Positions 1 to 8,897 of a stretch of 64,000 nucleotides of DNA are shown here, in pieces. The translations under genes were made by a program, and so were the position numbers. The DNA is taken from NCBI GenBank assembly GCA_003660975.1, contig QMVG01000002.1:32001-96000 (forward strand), read 5' to 3'. Under the pieces are notes generated by a model. The model made no database searches and was not told the DNA's origin. It worked only from the letters and a program-made list of their open reading frames with translations. Positions within the stretch are counted from its first letter, which is position 1; every line of letters begins with the position of its first letter. This DNA is from Candidatus Micrarchaeota archaeon (lineage in GTDB: Archaea; B1Sed10-29; B47-G15).

Positions 1-1
1 A

Positions 2-295
2 GGCACAATAAGGAGAGTTACAGAACTTGCAGAGCTTACTGCTGTGTCCAATGAAGGCGACGTTCATTTACAAACGCTGTTTTCATGGGATCCTGTCTCA
101 GATAGTATAAATCATATGAAAATCAACTCACACTATCTCAAAGAGCTATCCAGATATGCGGGTATGTCTGTTGATGACATTGAGCTTGAAATAGAGAAAA
201 GGAAACAGGTTTTAGAAGAGCTTACATCCAAAGGGATTAGAGACCTTAAAACTGTGTCTACATATCTAAACCGTTTTGAGGTAAGTAATAAATGA
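2..295 (+). CDS. Type IV pilus/secretion ATPase (VirB11/TadA/ArlI-like), C-terminal part; 5' end lies outside the window
   Basis: Frame is open from base 2 (GTIRRVTELAEL...LFSWDPVSDS...EIEKRKQVLEEL..GI), typical of archaeal VirB11-type ATPase C-termini; its stop overlaps the TadB/C-like gene. Confidence 0.85.
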   Translation, partial: GTIRRVTELAELTAVSNEGDVHLQTLFSWDPVSDSINHMKINSHYLKELSRYAGMSVDDIELEIEKRKQVLEELTSKGIRDLKTVSTYLNRFEVSNK

Positions 296-1404
296 CAGAA
301 ATAAAGAAACTAAAAAAAATTTTGGAAGCCGAGGATAGGAAAGAGAAAGAGCAGTCGCCATACCTGAACAGACAGTTGCTTTCTAAGATAATAAAGAGGA
401 TGGAAAAAAAATATGAAAAGGAGGGACTTAGCACCCCTGATTATGCTGCAAGAGAAAAAAAAGCAGAAAAGCTTAAAGTAATCACAGGCTCTCCAAAGGA
501 ATTGCTCTTGTCAAAAAAGCCAATAGTAAGGTTTCTAATTAGCATATATATGTTATCTTCTCCAATCAGTTATTACCTTCTAACATTTCTTGAGAAAATT
601 TTAGGCAAGAGCTTGGAAAAAGACCTTAAAGCTTCTGGCATGATGTATTCCCAGAAGCAATACCTTGCATTGACTATGTCGCTTGTGTTTATCCTGTGGG
701 TTTCATTTTTAATCCCTCTGACAGCACTGACGCTGCTCTTTCATTTTTCTCTATTCTACCTGCTTCTTTCAGCCATTTTAATCCCTTTGCTTGCTTTTTC
801 AATTGCATTTTTACTACCAAGCACAAGGGCCAGCAAAATAGCAAATGAGATTGACAAGGAGCTTCCATTTGCATTGAGACATATGAGCATACAAATACGG
901 GCTGGAGTTGGAATATACAATTCCATGGAGTCAATAGCTGTGTCTGATTATGGCTATTTGTCAAAAGGTTTCAAATTCGTTCTCAGCAATATCCAAAAAG
1001 GCATGCCAACTGAAGAAGCTTTAGAGTCGTGGGCATATATGACACGGTCAGAAGCCCTTCAAAGGGTTATAAGCCACATAGTTAGAGCTCTAAGAACAGG
1101 CGGCAATCTCTCTGATATTATGCTAAGCATTTCAGAGGACATATCATTTGAAAGAAGAATGAAAATATCTGACTTTGCCGAGAAACTCAACCTCATGGCT
1201 CTTTTTTTGATGATGGTGGCCATAGTAGTACCTGTTATGGTAGGCATACTGACTGCCATTGCATCAATGCCCTCTCTTAGCTCTTATGTAAATGTCTTTT
1301 CTATATTCTCACTAACTTTTCTGCAGTTGCTGTATTTTCTGATAAGCCCAAGCCTTATATTGCTCTTCCTTTACTTCATAAAGATCTCAGATCCAGGTGC
1401 TTGA
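292..1404 (+). CDS. Type IV pilus platform membrane protein (T2SSF/TadB-TadC family)
   Basis: IDKELPFALRHMSIQIRAG, ALRTGGNLSDIM, several TM helices; follows the ATPase. Confidence 0.9.
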   Translation: MTEIKKLKKILEAEDRKEKEQSPYLNRQLLSKIIKRMEKKYEKEGLSTPDYAAREKKAEKLKVITGSPKELLLSKKPIVRFLISIYMLSSPISYYLLTFLEKILGKSLEKDLKASGMMYSQKQYLALTMSLVFILWVSFLIPLTALTLLFHFSLFYLLLSAILIPLLAFSIAFLLPSTRASKIANEIDKELPFALRHMSIQIRAGVGIYNSMESIAVSDYGYLSKGFKFVLSNIQKGMPTEEALESWAYMTRSEALQRVISHIVRALRTGGNLSDIMLSISEDISFERRMKISDFAEKLNLMALFLMMVAIVVPVMVGILTAIASMPSLSSYVNVFSIFSLTFLQLLYFLISPSLILLFLYFIKISDPGA

Positions 1405-2259
1405 ATGAAGGCATTAGAAAAGTATCAAGAAATAGCCCATTTCGCAGGGATTTCACAGCCCTGGCTTTTGTTGGGAGGAAGTATTTCAATAGGCGCAATA
1501 CTGTTTTTCCTTTTGTTGTCCTATGACCCAATACTCTCAGTGCTTGTATTACTTATCTCCTTAGATGTATCTTTCGGCCTGCCTTTTTTGCTCGCAAGTA
1601 GGAAGGTTGAGAAGATTGAAGACAGCTTGCCAGATGTATTGCAGCACATAAGCACCACACTGAAAGCAGGCTCCACAATAGAGATGGCTCTAAAGGAGGT
1701 CTCCTTAGTTGACTATGGCCCAATAAGCCAAGAGATGAAACGGATGCTGGACGAAATAAACAAAGGCAAGACATTTGAAGAGGCCTTCAACGACTTTGCT
1801 GAAAGTTCTCACTCAAAACTTGTTAAGAAGATTGCAATCATAATCTCAGCCGCAAGGCGAAGCGGTGGGGCTCTATTACAGACTTTGAGCCTCACAGCAG
1901 AGGATATAAGAGCTGTTAACCGCTTGAGACGGGAGAGAAAAAGCAAAACACTTATGCAGTTCTTGTTTTTGATAGCAGCAAGCTCTATCGTAGCTCCTTT
2001 TATATTTGGCATAGTGCGGGCTGTTCTGTCAACACTTCTTTCAATAAGCCCTTTTACCAACACAGATACATTGCAAGCCTTTGATTTTACATTTAAGCTA
2101 TTTCTGGTATTGCAAGGTACTCTTACAACTATTGGAGCTGTTATGGTGAAAGAAGGCAAATTAGAAAAAAGTGCGCTTTACATCCCATTTTCTCTCTTCT
2201 CTATTTACGTGATATACAGCCTCGTGTCTGTCCTCTTTATGTCTTTAATAGGTGTTTGA
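1405..2259 (+). CDS. Second pilus platform membrane protein (T2SSF/TadC family)
   Basis: IEDSLPDVLQHISTTLKAG, YGPISQEM, RSGGAL motifs; TM segments. Confidence 0.9.
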   Translation: MKALEKYQEIAHFAGISQPWLLLGGSISIGAILFFLLLSYDPILSVLVLLISLDVSFGLPFLLASRKVEKIEDSLPDVLQHISTTLKAGSTIEMALKEVSLVDYGPISQEMKRMLDEINKGKTFEEAFNDFAESSHSKLVKKIAIIISAARRSGGALLQTLSLTAEDIRAVNRLRRERKSKTLMQFLFLIAASSIVAPFIFGIVRAVLSTLLSISPFTNTDTLQAFDFTFKLFLVLQGTLTTIGAVMVKEGKLEKSALYIPFSLFSIYVIYSLVSVLFMSLIGV

Positions 2260-2260
2260 T

Positions 2261-2566
2261 ATGAAAGCCCAAACTGCTATGGAATACCTAGTCCTGACAG
2301 CTGTTGTGTTGACCATTGTAACTGTTGTAAGTTATATGATACTTACGGCATCAAAAGCAAGTGGTCAGACAGCCTCAGAGATGACCTGCAGGGCAACAGC
2401 CTCCTCATATAAGTTAGCTATAATGGCAGACCCAAATGCCTGCGATGCAGAATGCGAAAAGGCCTGCGAAAAAGCCTGCGTGGACAGCAATGGCTATGAT
2501 GTAATTGGAGGCGAAAAAGGTTGCGGAACAGGTTGTCAGGCTTGCAAAAGCGGGACATTGCATTAA
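2261..2566 (+). CDS. Pilin-like protein with class III signal peptide and Cys-rich C-terminus
   Basis: MKA/QTAMEYL plus hydrophobic helix; 8 Cys in the mature part; GGTG SD-like motif upstream. Confidence 0.85.
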   Translation: MKAQTAMEYLVLTAVVLTIVTVVSYMILTASKASGQTASEMTCRATASSYKLAIMADPNACDAECEKACEKACVDSNGYDVIGGEKGCGTGCQACKSGTLH

Positions 2567-2568
2567 TC

Positions 2569-2596
2569 TTTTTATAGAACAATGCTCTTATGTTCT
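2569..2596 (+). promoter_or_regulatory. Putative internal TATA box followed by inverted repeat AGAACA-N9-TGTTCT
   Basis: TTTTTATA at 2569-2576; inverted repeat arms 2576-2581 and 2591-2596; GGTG at 2599-2602 before ATG 2608. Confidence 0.4.
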
Positions 2597-2607
2597 CTGG
2601 TGTTATC

Positions 2608-2916
2608 ATGAAGGCACAGGGCTCACTTGAATACCTAATCATATTAGCAGCTGTATTGGCAATAGGAGCTATAGTGGTTTTGTTTGTGACAGATGCTTTT
2701 AGCCAGACAAAAACAGCTGCGAGCGTTGAGAATTGTAGAAATGCACTTACAAAAGTATATCAAGAATACAAACTTCACGGGTCTGTTGCCAAAGACATTT
2801 CGGACAGCTGCTATGAAATCTGCAAGGATTTCGTTTATGCATCCTCACCAGCAACAGACTTTTGTGATGGGGAAGGTTTGACAGAAGACATAATAAACCA
2901 CATAAGCCAATCCTAA
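2608..2916 (+). CDS. Type IV pilin (class III signal peptide, Epd-like); candidate major pilin
   Basis: MKA/QGSLEYLIILAAVLAIG, canonical +1 Q and +5 E; 4 Cys. Confidence 0.88.
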   Translation: MKAQGSLEYLIILAAVLAIGAIVVLFVTDAFSQTKTAASVENCRNALTKVYQEYKLHGSVAKDISDSCYEICKDFVYASSPATDFCDGEGLTEDIINHISQS

Positions 2917-2948
2917 TCGTTAAATATTCTTTTTGATACTATTCTCCT

Positions 2949-3899
2949 ATGTATGCTTTTCTAGCATTTGCACTGTTGCTTACAGCAAGCTATTTTGACT
3001 TAAAGGATAGGAGAATACCTCCCACGCTAAGCTACTCATTCATCTTGATTGGACTCACAGCCCACCTATTAGAAGGAATATCTCTCCAATATATCTATAT
3101 CGTGTTTGCCTCTTTTTTCTTTGCCTACGCACTTTATAAGTTTGGGGTGTGGGCAGGGGGAGACTTCAAACTATTCGTGGCGCTTTCCCTCCTACTGCCC
3201 ACATACAAATCTATTGACTTCTTTTCATTTTATGTGCTGTTTTTTGCTGTGCTTGCCGTTCTGCCTTTTCTACTTGTATTTTTTGCGTACAAGCTTTTTC
3301 TTTCGAAAGAGTTCAGGAGAGGGGCGAAGGCAAAAGCTAAATCATGGCTAAAGCGTTCACTTTTTATCGCTATAATCGCTACAGCCTCTTATGAACTTTC
3401 ATCATTTTTCACATTGCCTCCTGAGTTATCTGTGCTCTTCTTTTTCATGCTTTTCTTGCTTAAGCAAAGTGGCTCTTTCATTGCTGTAGTTTTTCTATTA
3501 AACAGCATAATCAGAAATCCATCATATGTCTTAACAGTCATTTACTTGTTTTTAGTTTCCCTGCTTATTTCCATAGCTATCTACTCATTTAAGGTTTTGA
3601 GAAAAACTGTTCTCAGAAAAAAGCTGCCCATAGCCAAGATAAAGGAAGGCATGATACCTGCCCAGCACTTAATAAAGAAGGGAAAGAGGTATTATCTAAA
3701 AGAAGCAGAATGGCGCGACTTATTCCATAAAGATAATATCGTGATAGACTCTATGAAGGCCAGAGGGCTGAACAGGGATGAAATCCTATTGATTAAGAAA
3801 TCAGGCATAAAAGAAATAGAAATAAAGAAGTCACTTCCTTTTGTCCCCTTCATGTGCCTGGGATTTGTTCTAGCTCTCCTTAGTTTATTTATATTTTGA
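2949..3899 (+). CDS. eppA: Prepilin peptidase, A24 family, EppA-type with extra TM insert
   Basis: YFDLKDRRIP (Asp 1), WAGGDFKL (Asp 2), C-terminal LPFVPF; extra central TM block; lies inside the pilin operon. Confidence 0.88.
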   Translation: MYAFLAFALLLTASYFDLKDRRIPPTLSYSFILIGLTAHLLEGISLQYIYIVFASFFFAYALYKFGVWAGGDFKLFVALSLLLPTYKSIDFFSFYVLFFAVLAVLPFLLVFFAYKLFLSKEFRRGAKAKAKSWLKRSLFIAIIATASYELSSFFTLPPELSVLFFFMLFLLKQSGSFIAVVFLLNSIIRNPSYVLTVIYLFLVSLLISIAIYSFKVLRKTVLRKKLPIAKIKEGMIPAQHLIKKGKRYYLKEAEWRDLFHKDNIVIDSMKARGLNRDEILLIKKSGIKEIEIKKSLPFVPFMCLGFVLALLSLFIF

Positions 3900-3914
3900 C
3901 TGCCTTATTCTATC

Positions 3915-4082
3915 ATGGATGACAGGGCCCAGGTAAGCACGGAGTATCTAATAATACTCGCAGTGTCTTTGGTTCTAGCAGCAGTTGTGACTCTTTTAAC
4001 AGTGAACCTCTTTAGCGTGAAGTCATCCGTGAAGGAATTGATAGAAATATACTACAAACGCGCCTTGCAACTGGTGACTTAA
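3915..4082 (+). CDS. 55-aa mini-pilin (not in ORF track)
   Basis: Hand translation MDDRA/QVSTEYLIILAVSLVLAAVVTLLTVNLFSVKSSVKELIEIYYKRALQLVT; fills an operon gap. Confidence 0.85.
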   Translation: MDDRAQVSTEYLIILAVSLVLAAVVTLLTVNLFSVKSSVKELIEIYYKRALQLVT

Positions 4083-4250
4083 ATGGATGATTGCGCACAG
4101 GTTTCAATAGAATATATGTTCACAGCAGCTATTTTTCTTATAATTGCAGCCATTCTATCTGTTTACGTAGAGAGGATATTTGCAATGAAAGACACGATTT
4201 TCAAGACAAACAGCATATATTCAAAATCACTCTCAAACCTATTAAAGTGA
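4083..4250 (+). CDS. 55-aa mini-pilin (not in ORF track)
   Basis: Hand translation MDDCA/QVSIEYMFTAAIFLIIAAILSVYVERIFAMKDTIFKTNSIYSKSLSNLLK; abuts the previous stop codon. Confidence 0.82.
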   Translation: MDDCAQVSIEYMFTAAIFLIIAAILSVYVERIFAMKDTIFKTNSIYSKSLSNLLK

Positions 4251-4254
4251 TATT

Positions 4255-4635
4255 ATGAAAGCTCAGCTGACATTGGAATACCTTATTATTTTTGTAATCT
4301 TACTGCTACTGTTTTCAAATGTTTCTATGGATTTAATGGGTTCTTCAATGAGCTCTGCCCTGCAGATACAGAAGCAACAGATAATGAAAGCAGCCAATCT
4401 CTCTTTAGAGTCAGCTGCATCCAAGCTTCAGTATCAGGGAGAAGGGGCCAGGATATTAGTAAAGATAAGAGCAGCACCTGATTGCAATTACATATTTGAG
4501 GAGAAAAGAGCATACGCTGAATGCAGGAGCGGAACTTATGATATAGGTCCAAATCCTTTACCAGCTGATTTGGTGTACTCTGAAAAGACAATAAAGGAGA
4601 ATGAGTTGGATGTTGTTGAAATTAGTAAAGAGTAA
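4255..4635 (+). CDS. Minor pilin-like protein, class III signal peptide
   Basis: MKA/QLTLEYLIIFVILLLLF. Confidence 0.85.
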   Translation: MKAQLTLEYLIIFVILLLLFSNVSMDLMGSSMSSALQIQKQQIMKAANLSLESAASKLQYQGEGARILVKIRAAPDCNYIFEEKRAYAECRSGTYDIGPNPLPADLVYSEKTIKENELDVVEISKE

Positions 4636-4957
4636 GGGACAGCTTTCAATTGAACTTTTGTTTATCATTTCAATACTGATTCTCCTATGCTCATCCATAA
4701 CACTGGACGCATTGGCCACTTCATCACGAATGTTTGACATATCACACGTTAAAGACGCTGTAAATACTTATCTTTACAAAAAAGGCATTGAAGACAAAGC
4801 ATGCCTTTCAATGAGGCTTTCTGCGTTGTCAGTAAAGCAAAATACAGTTTACGTCAGGATAGATGGAGACAAAAGCTGCAAGCCTAGCTCTGATGAACTG
4901 CTTTATTTAATAAAAAAAGAAAACCCTTCTTTTGCGCTTTCCGTGGAGGTGATTTAA
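4610..4957 (+). CDS. Minor pilin-like protein, class III signal peptide
   Basis: KSKG/QLSIELLFIISILILL; alternative start at 4601. Confidence 0.8.
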   Translation: MLLKLVKSKGQLSIELLFIISILILLCSSITLDALATSSRMFDISHVKDAVNTYLYKKGIEDKACLSMRLSALSVKQNTVYVRIDGDKSCKPSSDELLYLIKKENPSFALSVEVI

Positions 4958-5494
4958 TTGGAATGGACTAAAACTAATGTTATTATACTGCTTCAGTCAG
5001 CAGTCCTATTCGCTGTCATTCTCGCAGTAGTTGCGAGTTTTTTGTCAGAACCATTTTTACTGCTTCTGGACATGGTTAGCTTGATTATGCTTGGTTATGG
5101 CCTTTGCTTAGTATATAAAAATTGGAGAAAGGAGTTCAAAACATATGCATTGCTTTTCAGTGTTCTCTTTTTTATAACAGTAGCTTTCCCAATTTTGATA
5201 ATATCCAAATTTATAAACAGTTTCAATACCTCTTTATTACTTCTCTTTTTGCTGCTTTTCTATTTTATCTTGAAGGCTTATTTGACACCAAAGCAGCTGG
5301 AAGGTATAGTAGTAATGGCAGACAAAGAGAGAGCAGTGGTGCATATAGATTACAATATCCTTTTGTCATTACCTGCAGGGGATTATGTTGTCAGAAATAA
5401 TGGAGCCAAGAAGGGACATAAAGTTCTGCTGTCTTATAAAAAGAGCATATTCAGGACTGTAAAGCCAGAAGCCGTGATCAAGGTGATAAAATGA
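4958..5494 (+). CDS. Pilus-locus membrane protein (DUF2101-like)
   Basis: About 4 TM helices plus a C-terminal beta domain (EGIVV...YNILLSLPAGDYVV...KKGHKV...PEAVI); operon position. Confidence 0.65.
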   Translation: MEWTKTNVIILLQSAVLFAVILAVVASFLSEPFLLLLDMVSLIMLGYGLCLVYKNWRKEFKTYALLFSVLFFITVAFPILIISKFINSFNTSLLLLFLLLFYFILKAYLTPKQLEGIVVMADKERAVVHIDYNILLSLPAGDYVVRNNGAKKGHKVLLSYKKSIFRTVKPEAVIKVIK

Positions 5495-5865
5495 AGAAGG
5501 GCATGTTTAGCATAGATTTTATTATGGCCCTTGTGATAGTTAGCTTTGTAGTTTTCTTTATACAAGAGCATACATATAGGAGTTTGAGACACAGCGAAGA
5601 GTTTGGAAGATTGGAGCAGCTCTCAAGCATGACATCTTCTGTTGCATCTCAGCTAAATGCTTTTTATGCCCTATCACCAGAAAAGGGAGACTTCTTTAAT
5701 TTATTACCCCCTAAAATAAGCAGTTTCAGCAGAACCCAGGATTGCACTGTCTTGAAATACGCTTCGTCTCTGACACTTAGTTGTGGAGATTCTTCCCTCT
5801 CCTTTCCACTTTGTTTTGACGATGCATCTTACGAGGTTGGTGAAAAGGCGGTTGAGAAGGTATGA
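5491..5865 (+). CDS. Minor pilin-like protein (Asp-type class III signal)
   Basis: MKKG/MFSIDFIMALVIV. Confidence 0.78.
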   Translation: MKKGMFSIDFIMALVIVSFVVFFIQEHTYRSLRHSEEFGRLEQLSSMTSSVASQLNAFYALSPEKGDFFNLLPPKISSFSRTQDCTVLKYASSLTLSCGDSSLSFPLCFDDASYEVGEKAVEKV

Positions 5866-6263
5866 AAGCACAGATATTTTCATTGGACGCCATGCTTGCC
5901 ATTGTAGCTCTTACAGTTATCGTGGGCTATTTTTCGTGGTCCCTTGAGAATACATTACATAGCGCAGATATTTCGGAGTATGAGAGCTTGCAGCGTATGG
6001 CAGATGATTGGGCACAGCTGGCTGTTAAAAGAATCTTGGCGCAAAGAGACGAACCAAATAAGGTAGACAGCTCAAGGCTTAGTGATCTTGCAGCGCAGAT
6101 GTCAGAACTGCTTGTTTCACCATATGACTTTGAGCTGCATCTTGGCAATTCTAAGCTGGGTGGGGACTGCAGTTCAAAGCAAAATGTGGTTTCTGTCAGG
6201 CGATTGGTTTATGACAAGGACTCAGCAGAAGGGAAAGTATTTGAATTGAGGTTATGTGTATGA
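5862..6263 (+). CDS. Minor pilin-like protein (Asp-type class III signal)
   Basis: MKA/QIFSLDAMLAIVAL. Confidence 0.8.
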   Translation: MKAQIFSLDAMLAIVALTVIVGYFSWSLENTLHSADISEYESLQRMADDWAQLAVKRILAQRDEPNKVDSSRLSDLAAQMSELLVSPYDFELHLGNSKLGGDCSSKQNVVSVRRLVYDKDSAEGKVFELRLCV

Positions 6264-6559
6264 AAGGCTTGCTCTTTAGCGTTGATTCGGTGTTGGCATT
6301 GTTGCTGTTGTTTGTAATTAGCTCAACATATCTTGTTATGCTGGAAGTGCAGGAAAAAAACAAAGACAACGTTTTGATGCTTAGCAGGTTGGCAAGAGAC
6401 ATAATAGACATAAGGTATTACCAGCCTTCATATTCGCCGCCAGACTGGCTAAAAGAGGAAAACTGCCAGCACAATGTGGTTTCTCTGGACTATTTTGTTT
6501 ACGATAGCAGCTCTAATAAGGTAATTAAAAAAACTCAAAAGGTGTGCTTCAATGAATAG
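6260..6559 (+). CDS. Minor pilin-like protein (Asp-type class III signal)
   Basis: MKG/LLFSVDSVLALLLL; ATGA overlap with the previous gene. Confidence 0.78.
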   Translation: MKGLLFSVDSVLALLLLFVISSTYLVMLEVQEKNKDNVLMLSRLARDIIDIRYYQPSYSPPDWLKEENCQHNVVSLDYFVYDSSSNKVIKKTQKVCFNE

Positions 6560-7031
6560 GGCCTTCGTTATCTCCTCATCTGTCTTCATTCTGCTGTTAG
6601 CCAGCTTATTTCTCATAAACTTTATTATGCTGACCTCTACATACCAGTCATCTGCTGATGAAAGGAAGCTGATGCTGGATTCCCTTTACAATGTTTTAAC
6701 AGATGCAAAGCGCCTCTTATTCTACGCAGGAGAGAATGTGCTTGATGATGCTGTGGCGGACCATATAGGACACTGCCCTAAAGACGCGATTCTTGAGGCA
6801 TGGGTAGATAACGCATTGCAAAACAGCATTGCAGAAATGAACAGCTTTTTGAGAGATAAAAACATAAGGCTTAGCTTATCCTATGACGGGCCCTTTGTCA
6901 GTAAAACTGGGCTGTGCTCTTATAAGGTGAGCTTAACAAATGTTAAAATTACTGCTGTTAAGCAGATGGGAGACATAACAGAAGCAAAGCTCAGCCACAG
7001 TTTGCCAGACATAAACAGGAATTATCCTTGA
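6552..7031 (+). CDS. Pilin-like protein with degenerate class III signal
   Basis: MNRA/FVISSSVFILLL; single N-terminal hydrophobic helix; last gene of the overlapping run. Confidence 0.62.
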   Translation: MNRAFVISSSVFILLLASLFLINFIMLTSTYQSSADERKLMLDSLYNVLTDAKRLLFYAGENVLDDAVADHIGHCPKDAILEAWVDNALQNSIAEMNSFLRDKNIRLSLSYDGPFVSKTGLCSYKVSLTNVKITAVKQMGDITEAKLSHSLPDINRNYP

Positions 7032-7085
7032 CTAACCTATAACCGTTGGTAAATTCTTAAAAAAATAACGAAAAACAAACGTAGC

Positions 7086-7418
7086 ATGCGGCTTTTAACA
7101 GGCGTTTATATGCTGACTGCATTGTTTTCCTTATCTCTTATCTACTTTTTCTCACCCCAGCTTTCATACAAGGCAGTTAGTGCTGAGGAGCTTTACAGCA
7201 ACTGTGAAGGCAGCGTGCAGGCAACTGTTCTTCTTCAAGATGTCTTCATATCAAAAAATGGAAACCGAATAGGTATCGTGTCAGATAGCCCTCGCACTTT
7301 TGTGCTGCTCAATGATATTTACGCCACAAAAGGGGACCGCTTGCTGTTGAAAGCCAGAGCCTCTCGCTTTAGAAAGGCCTGTTGGCTTTTTCCTGAAAAG
7401 GTGAAATGGCTTGATTGA
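7086..7418 (+). CDS. Membrane-anchored OB-fold-like protein
   Basis: N-terminal TM, then beta-rich domain ending KGDRLLLKARASRFRKACWLFPEKVK, resembling the OB-fold GDxVxVxGxVxxYxG pattern. Confidence 0.55.
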   Translation: MRLLTGVYMLTALFSLSLIYFFSPQLSYKAVSAEELYSNCEGSVQATVLLQDVFISKNGNRIGIVSDSPRTFVLLNDIYATKGDRLLLKARASRFRKACWLFPEKVKWLD

Positions 7419-8547
7419 CTTTGCTTTTTTCTTTCTCGGCATTTTTATTGGGATTTTAGTTGGCTTCATTCCAGGACTCCATGTGAATAGCATTCTGCCT
7501 TTTCTTTTTCTCACTTCAGGGTATCAAATGCACTGCCTTGTTATCCCTATGTCTGTTGCCTTTGTCTTTTCATCCTTCTTTCCAGCAGCACTTCTTGGGC
7601 TGCCTGACGAAGACAACGCATTATCTGTTTTGCCTGCTCACAGGTTGTTAGCAAGGGGAAAGGCATACACTGCGTTTAGGCTCTATTTTTTAGGCGCTCT
7701 GACCTCGTCTTTCTTTTCATTCATCTTTCTGGTTTTCTTTTTGATATTTCTGAAGGACTTCTATCAAGCGCTAAAGCCCATTATTCCTCTCATTTTGCTT
7801 TTCATACTTGTTGTTATGCTATTTTCTAACAAATACGCTTTCATAGTCATAGTGCTGTCTTCTGCACTAGGATATATGACAGTTAATTACAACACAATCC
7901 TTCCACTGCTTACAGGTTTCTTTGCAATGAGCAACCTTATCCTCTCACTGTTTTCCACGGGCAGACAGCCAACGCAAAGGCTGAAAAGTGAAATCTCAAT
8001 AAGCAGGTTTGACATAATTCATAGCTCTCTTGTGGCTTCTGTTCTGGCCTCTTTCTTCTCCCTTATTCCGGCAATTTCTTCTGGCATATCTGCTACTGCT
8101 TCCAAGATTTTCGGGCGTTTCAATACAGAAGAGTTTCTAGTATTGATAGGCTCTACAAATATGGCATATATGGTTTTTTCATTTTTTACACTGTCTTTGC
8201 TGGGCATAAGCAGAAGCGGTTCTGCTGTTTTATTATCAAACGTAGAGAATGTTAGCGCTTTTTTTATGGCTGCTTTGGTACTCCTCTCCTCTTTGCTAAG
8301 TTTTCTGATATTGGAGTCCGTTTACAAAAGACTGCTGCCTTTGTACACAAAGCTTAAACAGAAAAGCATAAACATTGCAGCGGCGTTTGTACTACTTCTT
8401 ATAGTCTTTTTAACTTCTTCTTACTTCGGCCTTCTCGTTTTCTTGGCATCTACCAGCATAGGCCTGCTCTCTAATGAATTAGGAGTGAAACGAATAAATT
8501 GCATGTCTGCCCTAATTTTTCCAACGGTGCTGTTGATATGGCAGTGA
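7411..8547 (+). CDS. Archaeal TctA-like membrane protein (DUF112/COG1784)
   Basis: GFIPGLHVN, ALLGLPDEDNALSVLPAHRLLARGK, RSG motifs; many TM helices. Confidence 0.85.
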   Translation: MIDFAFFFLGIFIGILVGFIPGLHVNSILPFLFLTSGYQMHCLVIPMSVAFVFSSFFPAALLGLPDEDNALSVLPAHRLLARGKAYTAFRLYFLGALTSSFFSFIFLVFFLIFLKDFYQALKPIIPLILLFILVVMLFSNKYAFIVIVLSSALGYMTVNYNTILPLLTGFFAMSNLILSLFSTGRQPTQRLKSEISISRFDIIHSSLVASVLASFFSLIPAISSGISATASKIFGRFNTEEFLVLIGSTNMAYMVFSFFTLSLLGISRSGSAVLLSNVENVSAFFMAALVLLSSLLSFLILESVYKRLLPLYTKLKQKSINIAAAFVLLLIVFLTSSYFGLLVFLASTSIGLLSNELGVKRINCMSALIFPTVLLIWQ

Positions 8548-8897
8548 AAATAAAGAGAGAAGTGATTGGAAACTTATTGGAGCTATGCAGGGCTGCCTAT
8601 CCCAACGAGGTAGGCGGTATGCTCCTAGGGAAGGAGATAATAGATGATTTTGTTTTAACACCAAGTGAATATGGACCCTCTTCAATAATAACGAGAATGC
8701 AGGACATGCCAATATACACTAACATCGCAGGCAGTTTTCATTCCCATCCAACAGGAGACAATAGGCCATCCAGGGCAGATTTAAACTTTTTCTCCAAGAC
8801 AGGCAAATACCACCTTATAATTGCGTATCCATATACTTTAAATAAGGTGGCAGCTTATGATGTTAAGGGCAGAGCTGAAGAATTGGTGATAATATGA
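8538..8897 (+). CDS. JAMM/MPN+ metalloprotease
   Basis: YPNE...GSFHSHPTGDNRPSRADL fits the E-HxH-x7-S-x2-D motif. Confidence 0.9.
   Translation: MAVKIKREVIGNLLELCRAAYPNEVGGMLLGKEIIDDFVLTPSEYGPSSIITRMQDMPIYTNIAGSFHSHPTGDNRPSRADLNFFSKTGKYHLIIAYPYTLNKVAAYDVKGRAEELVII

Noticed and set aside
1-7031. Locus as an archaellum operon
   Set aside because: No ArlH, ArlF/G or archaellin-type N-termini; two TadB/C-like proteins, QxSxE pilins and an EppA-type peptidase indicate an Epd-like pilus
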